A DNA stretch of 64,000 bases from Nymphaea colorata (Eukaryota): positions 29,326,001 to 29,390,000 of the forward strand of contig NC_045138.2 in assembly GCF_008831285.2 (NCBI RefSeq). The letters are read 5' to 3'. The notes under the pieces were generated by a model that searched no databases, was not told where the DNA came from, and worked only from the letters and a program-made list of their open reading frames with translations. Position 1 is the first letter of the stretch. Every line of letters begins with the position of its first letter. A program made the position numbers and the translations under genes. This document shows, piece by piece, positions 46,137 to 59,592 of this stretch.

Positions 46137-47185
46137 AAATAAAAAAGAAAAGTGGGCATGTGCAGAAATCAGCTACAGGGGCGTACTTGGAACCTGCTTA
46201 AAAATAAATAAGGGGCATCCTTGGAATGACCATGTTCCATTCGGGCATTTATGGAATATTCTCATCTTATTTGCTGGCATCAGCATCCACAGATTCACTT
46301 CATTAGTTCCTTGGGCCGCAGATTGATTATGCATTAGGCAAAACGTCATTTTCGAATGAATTGACCGCTATAAAATGCATCCAGAATGTGTTAAGTTGTC
46401 CTTATCTAGACTCGAGCTTGCCGGTTCTGCATGGGCAAAACTTGTGTTTAATGCAATATATAACAGGTAATAAGTAATGACCAATGTCTCCATGTACATT
46501 AATTAAGATGAATTACATATATGCATCTTCATTTGGGTCGCATCAGGATGATCTGTAGTACATGCTAGGATAAAAGAAGGTGCAGGTTGTATCTGGATCC
46601 AGATTATAAACATCCATTTGACTATTCTATCCTTCAGTATCCAGCTTAATTATTGGACATCCATTTGACAATTTTAATCCTTGTATGTTGCCAAGATTCC
46701 AACGGATAGGTATTTATTTTGTCCATTTGTCTGTGCAAGTAGTAAAATTGAGAAATATGATCAAAGACAGGTGGACTTAGTTGGTCATTTGTGTATTCCA
46801 GCAATTTCATCAGGACCCATTGAGCAAATCAGAGGAAGTCATCGTTTTATTAGGCAAATGGGCGCCATTAAAAATAATACTTCCAATGGCGAGATGCTGT
46901 TGGTATCACCCACCTCCACATGAAAATGATACAACGTTTTGATTGATTGCCGAAGTTTGTGCCTTGTGCAAGTTAGTTTCCTTCGTTTACTTGCTCTTTA
47001 ATTATCGATGACAAAACCTTCCTTAGTTATTAATTAATACGACACGGTCAAAGACACCGAGCACATATATTGGCACCCCTGCCATGAACATGTCGATAAT
47101 AACTATACAAGAGCCACATTTCAGATTGGATTCCCTATACCAGCCAGGGAAGAAGGGGAGGGGAGAGAGCGAGAGATCTGTATCC

Positions 47186-49868
47186 ATGGATAGAAGGGTG
47201 TACAGGTGTGCTGCTGAAGGAGACACAGGTGCGCTGCTTGAGCTTGTAAAAGAAGACAAACTCATCTTGGAAAAAGTTCCGGTCGACTGTGAGAAAACCC
47301 CTCTCCACATAGCAGCCAAGTGGGGACATGTTGGCTTTGCAAAGTTGGTGCTGGAGCGAATGCCGGCGTTTGCTAAAATCATCGATCAGAAAGGGCGCTC
47401 CTCATTGCACTTGGCTTCTGCAAGAGACCATGCAGAGATAGTTCGAGAGATCCTCAAGGTGGACGCAGACCTTTGCCTTCTCGGAGACAAAGATGGTAGA
47501 AATCCTTTACATGTAGCGGCTATCAGGGGCTTCATACAAGTGGCAGAAGAGATCCTAGCGGCCAACCCCAGGTGCTTGCAGGAGGTGACTCCCCAAGGAG
47601 AGACGGTCCTGCACATGACTGTCCGCAACAATAGGGTGGAACTGCTGAGATACTTGTTGGGCAGGGAAGACATCGACGGCCTTGTGAACAAAAGGGACAA
47701 CCATGGCAATACCATCTTGGACGTGGCTTCGAAAAGCAACAACTCCGAGGTAACTGTTTCGCGCTTAGTCTATTAAGTCAGGCTGAGTTAGGTGGGTTTA
47801 AAGCTAATGGCGTCAATTAGCTATTGGGTCATCGAACTCGAGCTGTGCTGAAGTTGCTCGACCAATTGTGCTGCCCTAACTTGTGCCAAGCGGCATGAGT
47901 GGTAGTACTCCTCCTTTTAATGGCAGCAGAGAAGTCAAGTGCTGCTTTGTCCCATATACCAAGTGATATAAGGCCTAGCTACTCGCTAGACAATGTTTTT
48001 GTATGTAGGGGAAGAAATATTCGCTTTCTCAATCCAATCACTAGATCTGTCTTGCTGTTGAAGAGGTGTTTATACATAGTCCCTTAAAATAAGGGATCAT
48101 TGGTGATCCATAGAACAGTTACTCTTGTGCTTCACCACCAATCTGCCCCAACTCACCAAGTGTTTCCGATACCAAACTGCCCTAAGTAATTTTTCTTATA
48201 GAACATGGTAGAGTGTCCGGCAAGATGGTTCACCGGTATGCTGATACTCGCTAGCTGCACAATAATGCACAGGTGGATACACCAAGTACTGGACGATCCA
48301 CTTGTTGAATAGCCTTTTTAGTAGAGGGGAGGAAATGGGTTAATAGATTGAGACAGGGTATTGGATTCCACACACACCAACCAATGGGAAAAAATAGGTT
48401 TTAATTATGACCGACGATCGGGGGAACCTAGATCAGGTCAAACATGATTCTAATTAGAAAAAGGAAATACAGCAATCACTCATTTGCTCATTAGTGTTAA
48501 ATTTTCCTTTCAGTTGAGTAAGTCAAACTAAACCTCATTCATTAGTTTCATCACTACAGAACAATAGTTTGTTCGAGCTCATACTTCGAGCTTGAATATC
48601 GGATGATCTGAGCTCGAATTGCTTGATATTGTGCCTTCTCAAAGTTTGACTGCGCTGGCAAAAAGAACACATGTAAATAATTTAACTTGTATAATTTTTT
48701 TTTTTGTATGTAGGAGCAGAAACATTACTGTTCCTCAATCCAATTACTAGATCCTTCTCGGCTTTGAACTTTGAAGAGGTGTTCATACATAGTCCCCTGC
48801 TCTAAAAGAATCATTTGGTAGCACAAACACTCTGTGCGTGTAGGTGTTTCGTTAATTATGCCTGTGTCAATAGAAAATTAGAAAATGTCTGAGTCGCATT
48901 GTTATATATGATAAGGATGATCCAAGTTATGGATTCATAGTGGATGTTGGGTTTAGTAATAAATCGATAAACTGGTCTAGTTAATTTGGGTCAGATGTGG
49001 TCTTTACTTTTGTTTGTTCGCCAAATTTTACTCAAAAGGATCACAAATGGTACATAATACTAGAGCACTCTTGATTGCTGGCCATTGTCTCCTCAATATG
49101 CAGATAATGAACATTCTTGTGTCGAGCCAAAAGGTGCCGGAGGCCGGGAACTCCTCTGGCACTGTACTGCCTGACGACAGTCCAAGAAAGTCTATGGACA
49201 TGGAGACCCACTCTCATGTGTCGTCCAGCGAAGGAGTGAGCGACTGGACCCAATCTTCTTCACCGGAAAAGAGGCGACGTTCATTTGCATCAAAAGCAGC
49301 AGGGAACCATTCAAAGAAGAAAGAGAAAGAAGGGCTGAGTGAGATCAAGAGAGGCGCCATAATGGTCGTCAGCGTGCTCATAGTCATGCTGACCTACCAG
49401 GCCGCCCTCAGCGCTCCTGGTGTCTTCTCGCAGGACGACACGAATGGATCAGATGACTCCAACACCGTACCAGCACCGCCTGGAGATGAGGCTGTTGACA
49501 GCGCCGAAGATGAGATTTTCTTTGAGCGCAGTATTTACTTGCAGTTGTTTCTGATGGCTAACGCAGTGGGGCTGTTTGCATCATTGGTCATCATCCTACT
49601 CTTGACAGGCGCCATATCAGTCAGGCGGCAGAGAATGCTGCGGTTGTTGATGCTCAATATATGGATTTCCGTTTCCTCCGTAGCAGCTAGCTTCATCTTC
49701 GGGTTGCTCATTATCGGGGAGGAGTTGGAGGGCACATTGGTCCCTGATTGCTTGCTTGCGCTTTTGTTAATCTGCATGGGGTTCTTTATGATATCCAACA
49801 CAGTGATATGCTTGAGGAAGCTTTTAGGCTGGATTAGGAGGAAACTGTCGCACCGTGAAACTGTTTGA
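47186..49868 (+). CDS. Ankyrin-repeat protein with C-terminal PGG transmembrane domain (ACD6/BDA1/ITN1-like)
   Basis: Exon 1 47186-47749 (MDRRVYRCAAEGD; TPLHIAA, SSLHLAS, NPLHVAA, GETVLH, GNTILD); exon 2 49104-49868 in frame, with YQAALSAPGVFSQD and four hydrophobic segments. Confidence 0.93.
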
Positions 49869-50461
49869 CTTGCTTGCTGTTTGATCAAGGATGGGGTTGT
49901 GATATTTTATGAACTCTTCTTGTCCTCAAAGAACAACGGTGTTGATACTTGATGTGTGACTAATTAACTTGGACACCAAAATATGTAGGTAAGTTGTTCA
50001 AGCAAATGTTTGGATGGGCATTTATAATTTATATGCGTGTCTTCCTATTCGATGAACTCTTCTTGATTTGAAATACGACATAATTGGTGTAAGATTTATG
50101 AGTTGGACCGGGCAGGGCTCTTATGTCTGCTTGAGCCTAGCCTTGTTGAGCCTTAGGTTGGTCTGACTTGATGCCTGATCGAACCCCAGTTTGATTAGTT
50201 TAGCAACAACATGAGTTTTATTTTTATTACTTTCAAGCAGCGAGAAATACTGGTTTGGTTTATAATTCATTACTTGTTGAGAAATTGACTAGCGTATTTT
50301 ATTACTTTATAAATAAGAGCTAGTGTCTATTTCTAGTGAATGTTGCGGGTTGAAAAGCATGGTTGTCATCCACCACATATTAAGAAATTGCTTTACACAG
50401 TATGATCAATGGCTCACTCAACCATATTTTGAGTCGATAGGATATTACTTATTCCACGGGG

Positions 50462-50512
<51 letters not shown>

Positions 50513-50894
50513 TACATCTGTATCTTTATATATAGGACGATTTAATCCTTCCAAATGTCAGATGAGTAACATCTAAAAGTTTATCATTAAAATGTGCATT
50601 ATATTGGCACTAACCGTGACTACACATACTTCACTATTATTTAGCAAGAGATTGAGTTACGTGCACAATCTTGTGCACACAACAAATATATGCTCCTCCA
50701 AAAAAAGAGAGATCGTTGGGTTATTTTAGAAATTTTTAATGAAATATACTTTTTAGGCCTTTTACTTTTCTATGATCTTCATTCTTGTCCTTTTCAAAAC
50801 CTCATTTTTCACTTTATAAAAGGTACTTTGGACATACAGAGACCCTTTACATGCACAGGAGTGCGCATATAACTGTTGAGAGTAGCTAAACATG

Positions 50895-52370
50895 GCACGT
50901 TATTGCTATGATAATAATTTCTGACAGGTCATTTGAACTAAAATAATATATAGTGTTCGGTACTTGACACATACTTGATGCTAAAATAATAATAGTAATT
51001 TTACACATGGCTTGCACCCGCAGAATATGACATAATGCTGTGACCTGAGGATGTAACAACCTATTGCATCGTTAGTTGTATGCGGTGGTGACCAATTAAC
51101 ATTTACTTTAGTTAAAAATCTCTTTCTCCTTCTACCTTTCAAATGTTATCCGTCCAACAATGTAACACATGATATAAGCACCCGTTGCTGTGTGTAAAGT
51201 CAATACATTTTTATTAAATATCTTTGGGGCAATGATGCAGCTAGGGAGCTAAAACGGATGCACGTTAATTGCTGGTTAAAAAGTATATTTTTATTAAATA
51301 CTTTACTTACCATGCACATTTGTTTACAAGAAAATGTCGTCTAAGGGCTATGTCTTCCCTTCATATTTTTAAAAATTCAAAAATATTATATGTAAAATTT
51401 TAGTTTAACTTATGTAAAAGTTTTGAAAAATTATATTTCAATTCTTGCTAACATTTTGAAACTACATTTTAGTTCCTGCAATAAGAGAGCTAATAAGAGA
51501 ACTGAGATGTCTACGCACATCAATTTCACCCTTACACAGACTAAAAAGAGTAGTGGAGTGTTTGGTACACATATGTCGTAGCAAAAACCGAAAGGATTTG
51601 CTAAGAAAAGTAGGGATGTGCAGAAACCATGACCATACTTGGAACCTGCTTAGAAATAATCAAGGACATCTTTGGAATGACCATTTTTCATTTGCATGCA
51701 TCAGCACCCAACACAAGGGCATTTAATGAAAAATTATATTTTTAGAGTTTTAACTTTTCCGTAAACAGCTAGTTTTTTTGTTTATTACTTTAATGAAAGT
51801 TATTTTCGTCATTATAAATCTACATGCACATTTTTTCACAGGGTGTGCACATAAACAGTTTAGGCGGCTTTCCGCAAATTGTGAAAGAGTGATGTGATGG
51901 TGGGATCCAACAAATTAACACTGAGTGGGCCTAGAGTATAGTAATTATTTGGATTATTAGATGGCACCTTATTAATGACAAGTCCAATTAAACCATTGGA
52001 TCCCAACCCCATTTGCTTGATTAATTTGTGAGTCTTCCTTCATTTACGGCCTTACAACTTGAAACATTGTCACCTACTGAATGGGTCTTAAAATGACTAG
52101 AACCAAGCACATTCCAGTTGCAGATAGGCCTCTGTCGGTACAGAATTAGTGAATGCCTGACTTGCGCGGTTATATATGACAAGGATGAAGGTAAAGAATT
52201 CATAGTGGTTCTTGTGTTTAATATATTCGGAAGGAATTGGCCTAGTTTAGTTGGATGTAGTGTTCTTCTTTTTTGCCAAATTTCATTTCAAAGGATCTCA
52301 AATTGTATATAGATTAGAGCACTCTTGATTTCTTGTCATGGCTTTGACTATATGCAGATAATGAACGCTC
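50895..52370 (+). pseudogene. Internally deleted relic of an ankyrin/PGG paralogue (upstream region plus intron end and exon-2 acceptor only)
   Basis: 50895-51200 resembles 45785-46080; 51605-51690 resembles 46148-46240; 52145-52370 resembles 48877-49117, including tagagcactcttgatt and tatgcag/ataatgaac. Confidence 0.7.
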
Positions 52371-52638
52371 TCGGGTGGTAATGCAAATGATAATAGTCGA
52401 CACCACAACTAATCAGAAACAGCATTCAAACAGTTAAATTGATCCTATCTGAAGTTGGTATCATGGTTATGAAAATATATGTATGAATGTATGTATAAGG
52501 ATGCATCAATTAGTAAATAGAAAGCTATGAAACATAAAGGGAAAGGCCTGATATATATCATGGAATTTTAACCCGTCGAATCAAACCCAAGTTAATACCT
52601 AGTCAGTAATTCATTTATTTTGAGGAATAAAGAAACCA

Positions 52639-53694
52639 TTAAACAAGCCGTGAACGATAACATTCTGGAGGCGGATTGCCATGGAACCTCTTAGGGTTCC
52701 TGCAGTAGTCATAGATCATGAAATTCTCTCTTACCCACCTCAATTGACCCAACTGAGCATAGCTGAGCCTCTGCAAGGAAGGTCTGGTCCACCAATTGCG
52801 AAGGGAAGGCGAGGAGCACTCTGAGATGCTTCTTGGGCCTTGCCATTTGCATGCTTTTGGGCTAAACCTGCTGAATCTTGCAACAAATGGCGCACTGCTC
52901 CAGTCAACCTTCATCTTCCCACCTTGGGTTGCCCAGTTATCGCCATTCCACAGGCTGGTGTACATCCTCATTCCTTGCTTGTTAGGGAAGGGGATGCCAG
53001 CATTCTCATGGTTCTCGTAAACCCTAATAGGTATCCCATCAATGAACCACCTTACAAAACAAACGCATCGAACCTATCCATCAGTCCAATGAAAAGAGCT
53101 TGAAATGCAAAAATTGTGAGAAACAGTGTGCTTCTGCCTGTGTATAACATATATAAACGTGTATGTGTGTCAGTGTGTATATATGTGTGTGCAAATGCAT
53201 GTTTATCTGAAATATGTGTAGGCTACGTGCATCTATTTGTACGGTATATGAAAATGTATGCTTATGTGCACATATATAGGTCATATGTGTTACAACATTC
53301 TTCTGTGAATCTGAACAAATCTTTGAGCAGATTCATAAAACAGTATGCATGTGGATTTACGTAGTTGTGTATAATCTAGATACTTATGGCTGTTTGGGTT
53401 TTATATATGTGTGTCCGTGTATATATATATATATGTATGTATGTATGTGAGTGTAGGAAATTCAAGTTTATAAACTTACACAATTTGGTAGGGATTCCAG
53501 TGAATGGTGTAGTTGTGAAAATCTGCTGAAGGGTCGAACCAGGGCTTGAATTGCTGTTCTTTGGCACCTACACCTTGTATGAAGATGTTGGTGTGGATTG
53601 TATACGGTTGGCCTGATACATTTCCCAGGAACTCAAAGTCGATCTCGTCGTGGGCGTCTCCAAAAGATGTCAACTGTATATTATGATGCAGATT

Positions 53695-53731
<37 letters not shown>

Positions 53732-54650
53732 TACGAACATAATATGCCGTGACTGTGCCTGCAGAGTTGCCTGAGACAAGTTTTATGTGCATCTCCAGAC
53801 TCCCGAACAAGAATTCCCGTTTTGATTTTATTCCAGACCCTAACAATCACGGGATAAAAATGAGCGTAGAAACATAAACAAAGGCAAAGTTGAAAGAAGA
53901 GCGAGATTAATTAAAGGACGCATTTCTTTTTTTAGCTAAATCAAGAATTTATGGAATTTAATTTTCATTGGAGGTGCAAAAAACGTTAGCATTGTCACTG
54001 CCTAATAGGCTCCATAACAACGCGAAACAAGGCGGATACAAATTTTCTGTTTCTATTATAAAATCAATTTTAAATAATTCTTTAAATTCATAAAACCGAA
54101 AATGTAGCTCCATCCTCCATATGAGTCGATCAGTAGTGATAATTATCCGTCAACGTCCGGTATGGTGAGTAAATTAATACGATGCCGATACCATCGTCAA
54201 TTACAACAATTATTGCATTTAATGCCAAAGAAATGGTCACCACAAAGCACTTCCAGATATATCATCAGCCAAATTACTTTTTTCTGGAGGGATTTATCAA
54301 TGTTTGCTACCATTTGGATTTTGGTCTCGTCCAATCGATCTCGAACTCACCAAACGAAGGTAGATTATATTAATAATATAATGTTCATTCCGGCGAGGTA
54401 CTGACAGTGGAGAGCCACAAAGTGATTTGGTTGGTAGGGGCAAAAACAAGGAGAAGAATTAATGGTGAAGTTAAAGCAAACCTGATGACTGGTCCATCCA
54501 GAGCTCCAGGTCCCAGCCGTTGTTGTAAATGACAGCACGATCTTGGCCCCAAACAGGAACAGTGCTCTGATAAAAATTTGCTTCCACAGAATTGGGTGTT
54601 AGAGAAATTAGGATGATGAAGCCAGCGAAGAGGAGTTGAACGCTACCCAT
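52639..54650 (-). CDS. XTH: Xyloglucan endotransglucosylase/hydrolase (GH16)
   Basis: Four exons: 54650-54482 (signal peptide), 53839-53739 (101 nt; [11 protein letters not shown]), 53673-53480 (194 nt; catalytic [11 protein letters not shown] plus NVS glycosylation site), about 53049-52639 ([23 protein letters not shown]). Confidence 0.96.
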
Positions 54651-55206
54651 GGCCTCAACAACAAAATCGAAAAAGTTAGGAAAGGAAGACTGGATTAAAA
54701 TCAAAGGAGGATAAGAAATTTTGTTAAACAGTAACGTGAACGGGAAGCCATGGTTCCCGCTGGAACTTGCTTTGTTACTCGAAACATATTTATAGAGATC
54801 TTGGGAATCAAATGATCAGTTTGTTGAGGAGCAATATTTACATATAAACCCTTGTTTGCATGTTCAATTGATCTTCTCCAAAACTTTGAAGTAATAAAAC
54901 CATCAAAATCTTTGGTATGTAACAATAAAACCATCAAAAACCTTTATAATTAGTTCCAACAGCTTTGGAAGCAAACCTTAGATTAGACCAGGTAACTCCA
55001 ATTCTTCTTCAAATTTAATGGCAATTTGCCAATGTATTAGTACTTTTAATCACAAATTGGATGGATACTTTTCATTGTGCGGATAATTTCTTGAAAAAAA
55101 AAATAATATTCTTCTAGTCAATTTTGGACTGGCTAGCTGATGCTTTTGCTATCTTTACCCCATTAATTTGAAAGGACTTGAGAAATGTCCGCAGAGAGAG
55201 AGAGAT

Positions 55207-55325
55207 TCCCTCAAAATACTAACATCCACAGGAAGCAAACTGATAACTAACATCCAAGTAAACAAAAGTAATTTCCCTCAAAAGCTTAACATCCACAAGA
55301 ATGGAACTGATGACTAGCATCCACA
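55207..55325. repeat. Imperfect tandem duplication upstream of XTH
   Basis: ccctcaaaa..taacatccaca..aactgat.acta.catcca occurs twice. Confidence 0.8.
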
Positions 55326-56379
55326 TAAATTAAACTAATGATAGGTCCTCTACCTGTCCATCAATCTCACCATGAGAGAGAGAGAAAGAGATCGAGAGAA
55401 GGCAGGAAAACGTAGGGAGTTGGTTCACGTAAGTACCTATAAACAAGGAAAAAGAAATTGCTAACACTTCATTGCATGCACAAGTGTGTGTGTGTAAATT
55501 TGGCCAACCACCATAATACGGCTACCCTGCCTGTTCAGTCGAATTCCGGCGGACTTTTTCTGATCTAAATTTACTGATCCCGTCTGACGAATAAAATCTA
55601 ATTCTATCCAGATTAAACATTCAACAGACTACTCTGATCATCATTATCTAGCTTAAACATCAATTGGACTATTCTCAACTTCATCAATATGCATGTTCAT
55701 TTCACCACAATTAAGATGAATATGCATGTTCATTTGTGTATTTCATCTGGCTCCAGCTTATAAACATTCATTATCTAATCTAAGCATTCAGGAGACTACC
55801 CTGATCCTTCAAGGCCCAGTGTAATTGAACATCCATCTCACTGCTCTAATTCGTATTACCAAGATTGCATCGGATGGGAGTATTTTTTTTCTTGTCCATT
55901 AGATTGTGGAAGTAGTAAATGGACGACAGCAAAATAATATGTTCAATGGCTAGATGCTGTTGGCACCACCCACCACATGAAAGTGACCACTCAGAAGTGT
56001 CAAGTGATTGCGAGAGTGATAGTTAGTTTCTTCTATAAGTTGTTTTGAGGTGACTCGTAATTGTAAGGCTTCCAATTATTTCAAACCTTGTTCATTTCTT
56101 TTCAATTAATAGCAGTGACAAAGCCTAACCAAGTTAATGGCTTATATATATAATTAGACGGTCAATGACATCACACACAGGCTTAATAATAATAAAAAAA
56201 AAGGGCTTCATAAAACTAGTTAATTGGAACTGCTTGCCGCAGGCCGCCCAACCCAAGACCTCTTGCACCCATCGATCCGAATAACCAATATCCTACAGCA
56301 CCTGCCTCCGCTTAGCACCCTTACTCCCTCGCCCTTTACTCACAGCAGCATCCTTCAGCAGTATGGTTTCATATGTGCT

Positions 56380-58500
56380 ACTTTTCTGAACAGAAAATGG
56401 TGAATGCATGCTCGACACTCTAACTGAGTGGTGTCCCACTCTCTAAGAAGCAGCAGCTCTGAACCCTGGAGCGAGGGAAAAGGAGGAGGGGGCCCATCTA
56501 TTCAAGGGCTTCCACACACAAAGAGAGAAAGAAAGATAACCCTGAGGTTGATCTATTTAAGGAGAGACGGTCTTACTTCTTACTCCTGACAGTAGGCCTA
56601 CAACGCTAGTTGGAAGTGCAGGCGTTCTTCGTGGATAGACAAGGTACGATCAGAAGCAAAAGGAATGACGACAGCAATACCGTCTTGGAGTTGACATCAA
56701 CTGGCAGGAATGCTTCAGAGGTAACTCTCTCCTTTATAGGTTAAATGAAGGCATAAGATTTGGTAATTTGAAGAACAGTTCAGGAACGGGGCCGAGTAGA
56801 CCTTCCCTTTGAAGGGTTTCTTGTCATCGTTCTTCAAAGAGCAGAGAACAATTAATCCACTCTCAACGTTAGTTTAGAAGTTACATGAAATGGAACTCCA
56901 CGGTTCAGACCAACTAACCAGCAATGGTCTGCATTTGTGCAAAAGGATCATGCCAGTCTAGAGATGTCAATATACGTCTGATTTTCATCAGACATTCACG
57001 GAACCATTTCAAAAAATCAGATGAAAAAAACATTTAACATCAAATTAAGAAATCAAATTGAATTCAGATTTAAGAAATAAGTGCCATTGGATTCGAATTG
57101 GATTTAGCTTTAAATAGATATTCAACTATCTAATGCTCTTACATTTTGAAGATAGGCCATTCAAATTTAAATATATAAATATAAAAATCAAATTGATATT
57201 CTAGATTCAAGCGTTACCATGTAGGAAAAATTTGGACCCAAATATAACTTGGATATAAACACGAACTAAAAATATCCGGCAAAGTCTCAATACCACAAAA
57301 CTTTTTAAATAGCGCTCCTCAACCAAACCTCATCAAAATAGCTTACAAAGTGAACTAAAACCCAACAACCGATAAGCACAGTTACGTGGGCGAACTTTCT
57401 CACACGACTCACTCACTTGTTCAACACCAAGTCGATGATGACTCCAAGGGTCTCACCAGACCCGCACCCTTATCTTATGCTATTTGACTAATGTTAGCAG
57501 GATAAGAAGCATCTTTTTGTGGATGGACCTGCGGATAGGGGAGGTTCTTCCATGTAGCTCCGTCGAGCAGGGGACAGGCAGCCGCGCTGGCAAGGCATCA
57601 TGAGGCCACAAAAGGTCTTATCTATCAAGACGTCTTAGGAGACTTAAAAAGAAGAAGGTGGAGCAGTTGAAGAAACAAAGAGATAATGCGCTGGGCGAGA
57701 AGCCATAATGATTGTGAGTGTGCTGATAGCAACGCTGGCTTACCAAGCGGCACTCAACCCTCCCGGTGGCTTCTGGCAGGATGTCAAAACTGGATCGGCA
57801 GGCTCCACCATCCTCCCCTTCTAAAAGTTAGAACGAGAGAGACAAAGAGAGAGAGAGAGAGCACACAAGAAATTATGCGGTTCGGTCAAACTCCACCTAT
57901 GTCCACAAAGCTTTTCCTTCTCTACAATTCTGAAAAAGGGAATACTCTCTTACAACCTCTAAATCTTCATAGAGAAAAGAATACTAAATAGAACCCTTTG
58001 AAATAGATTTTGGCATCTTCATGTGTGTTGCTTTCCTCTTTTTAGCGTCAATTGCATTTTTTCTATATTTGGCTTAAAATTCAAGATTTGATTTACCTTG
58101 TAAGATTGGTAAGGACGTTAGATCGACAACCTTATCTCTAACACCCCTTACACTGCAGTCGAACCGGCGGCCGAAGATCAAGATGTTTCTGGACCCGCGG
58201 GCACTGCAATCAATAGCAGCTTTCGTGGTGTTATTTGCATCTTTGGTCGTCATCTTGCTCTTGACCAGCGGCATAACAGTTAGGAGGCGGCCCATGATGT
58301 GGTTTTTGATGATCATTATGTGGATCTCCGTCTTCTCCATAGTGTTTAGTTTCTTCTGGAGTGCTGATCATCCCGAGAGATCTACCACACCCAGCGGTTA
58401 ACTACATACTTTGTTTTGGCTTAGGCTGCATGGTGCTCCTTGCCCTGCTGCTGCTGTTGCTTGAAGGAGATGTACCGTTGGTTGAAAAAGAAACTAAGAT
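56380..58500 (+). pseudogene. Ankyrin/PGG pseudogene, paralogue of 47186-49868
   Basis: Remnants ggagagacggtc (GETV) and caataccgtcttgga..gag/gtaact (same donor as the intact copy); REAIMIVSVLIATLAYQAALNPPGGFWQD at 57696-57782; LFASLVVILLLTSGITVRRR at about 58230-58290. Frameshifts and an insertion disrupt it. Upstream 55708-56170 resembles 46500-47055. Confidence 0.85.
57821..58143. mobile_element. Solo-LTR-like insertion splitting the PGG exon of the pseudogene
   Basis: gttaga...tctaaca ends; cccctt on both flanks (57815-57820, 58144-58149); PGG-domain coding resumes after it. Confidence 0.65.
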
Positions 58501-59487
58501 TGCACAGTCAAAATGTGGACCATGTTTCGCCCTCTCTCCCTAACAGGGCAGCTTAATTCAAATGGCGACTTGATACTTATCGGCCAAGACAAGTTGTTCA
58601 AGTCGACCATGGTCCATGGAGCATTATCTCTGAATCTATTGAGTCTTGCCGAGATGAGGATTATATCTTCTCGGATAATCTTGAAGGAATTTGAAGTCCT
58701 GCTGCATGCTCTGGGACCTTTGGGAATAGTTTGGAAACCTTCCTCTCTTACGTGTTTACCATCTACAATTGGATTTTACGAAATTCATAAAAGAGAAAGA
58801 CTTTGCTGGTGTATTACCTTGCTTGTTTAAAAATCTCAGGTGATATCAATGCTTTTGGGGCACTAACATCTCACGAGAGAACTACAAAATGTAAAAATCA
58901 ATTTTATCATTTTTATGAGAGAGAAAATAAAATAAAAATTAATTTATAAAGAAAAAAAATTTCATGCTATGGATTAATAAAAAACTGAAATGTATTATTT
59001 CGTTCTGCGAAATAATACATAGTTGTAGACCCATCCTTTTTGGTGAGGATGAGGATTGTGACTCACCGCATGCGGTATCATCAACTTGGTATTATGCTCC
59101 ACCTATGGCGTATATAGAGGCATTACATGCACACAAATTGAATTAGTGACATCTTTTTTATCTGCCCCCACTTAACTTAGGTTAAGAGGCCTTCCATCCC
59201 CACATTACTACTTAGTATTTGGAAAAATGTTGCCAACCGTAACTCTATTTTGTGTTTGTAGGGAAGCAAGTCCATTTTTTGGGCCGTGGAGTATTAATTG
59301 AGGGCAATGACGAATAAGTGTCTCATCTGATGCCTTAATTTCATAAAGGCCATCAGTGGCGGAGTAAAAAAAAAATTGCTTAAAGGGGCACTTAAGATAA
59401 ATATTTAAGATTTTTATTTTAAAATAAAAAAACTTTTAAGAAAGGTGTGAGCAACTGTCCATGTGGCTACACATTTGTTCAAGCTTT

Positions 59488-59592
59488 CATCAGCTTGAGC
59501 TCCAATTGTGAGTCTAGAGATTAGAGCCCAGCTCGAGCTCATCAGCTTGTGCTCAACTCTGAGTCTAGAGATTAGAGCCCAGCTCGAGCTCG
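59488..59592. repeat. Tandem duplication of about 52 bp within GAGCTC-rich transposon-like sequence
   Basis: catcagcttg.gctc..tgagtctagagattagagcccagctcgagctc x2. Confidence 0.9.
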
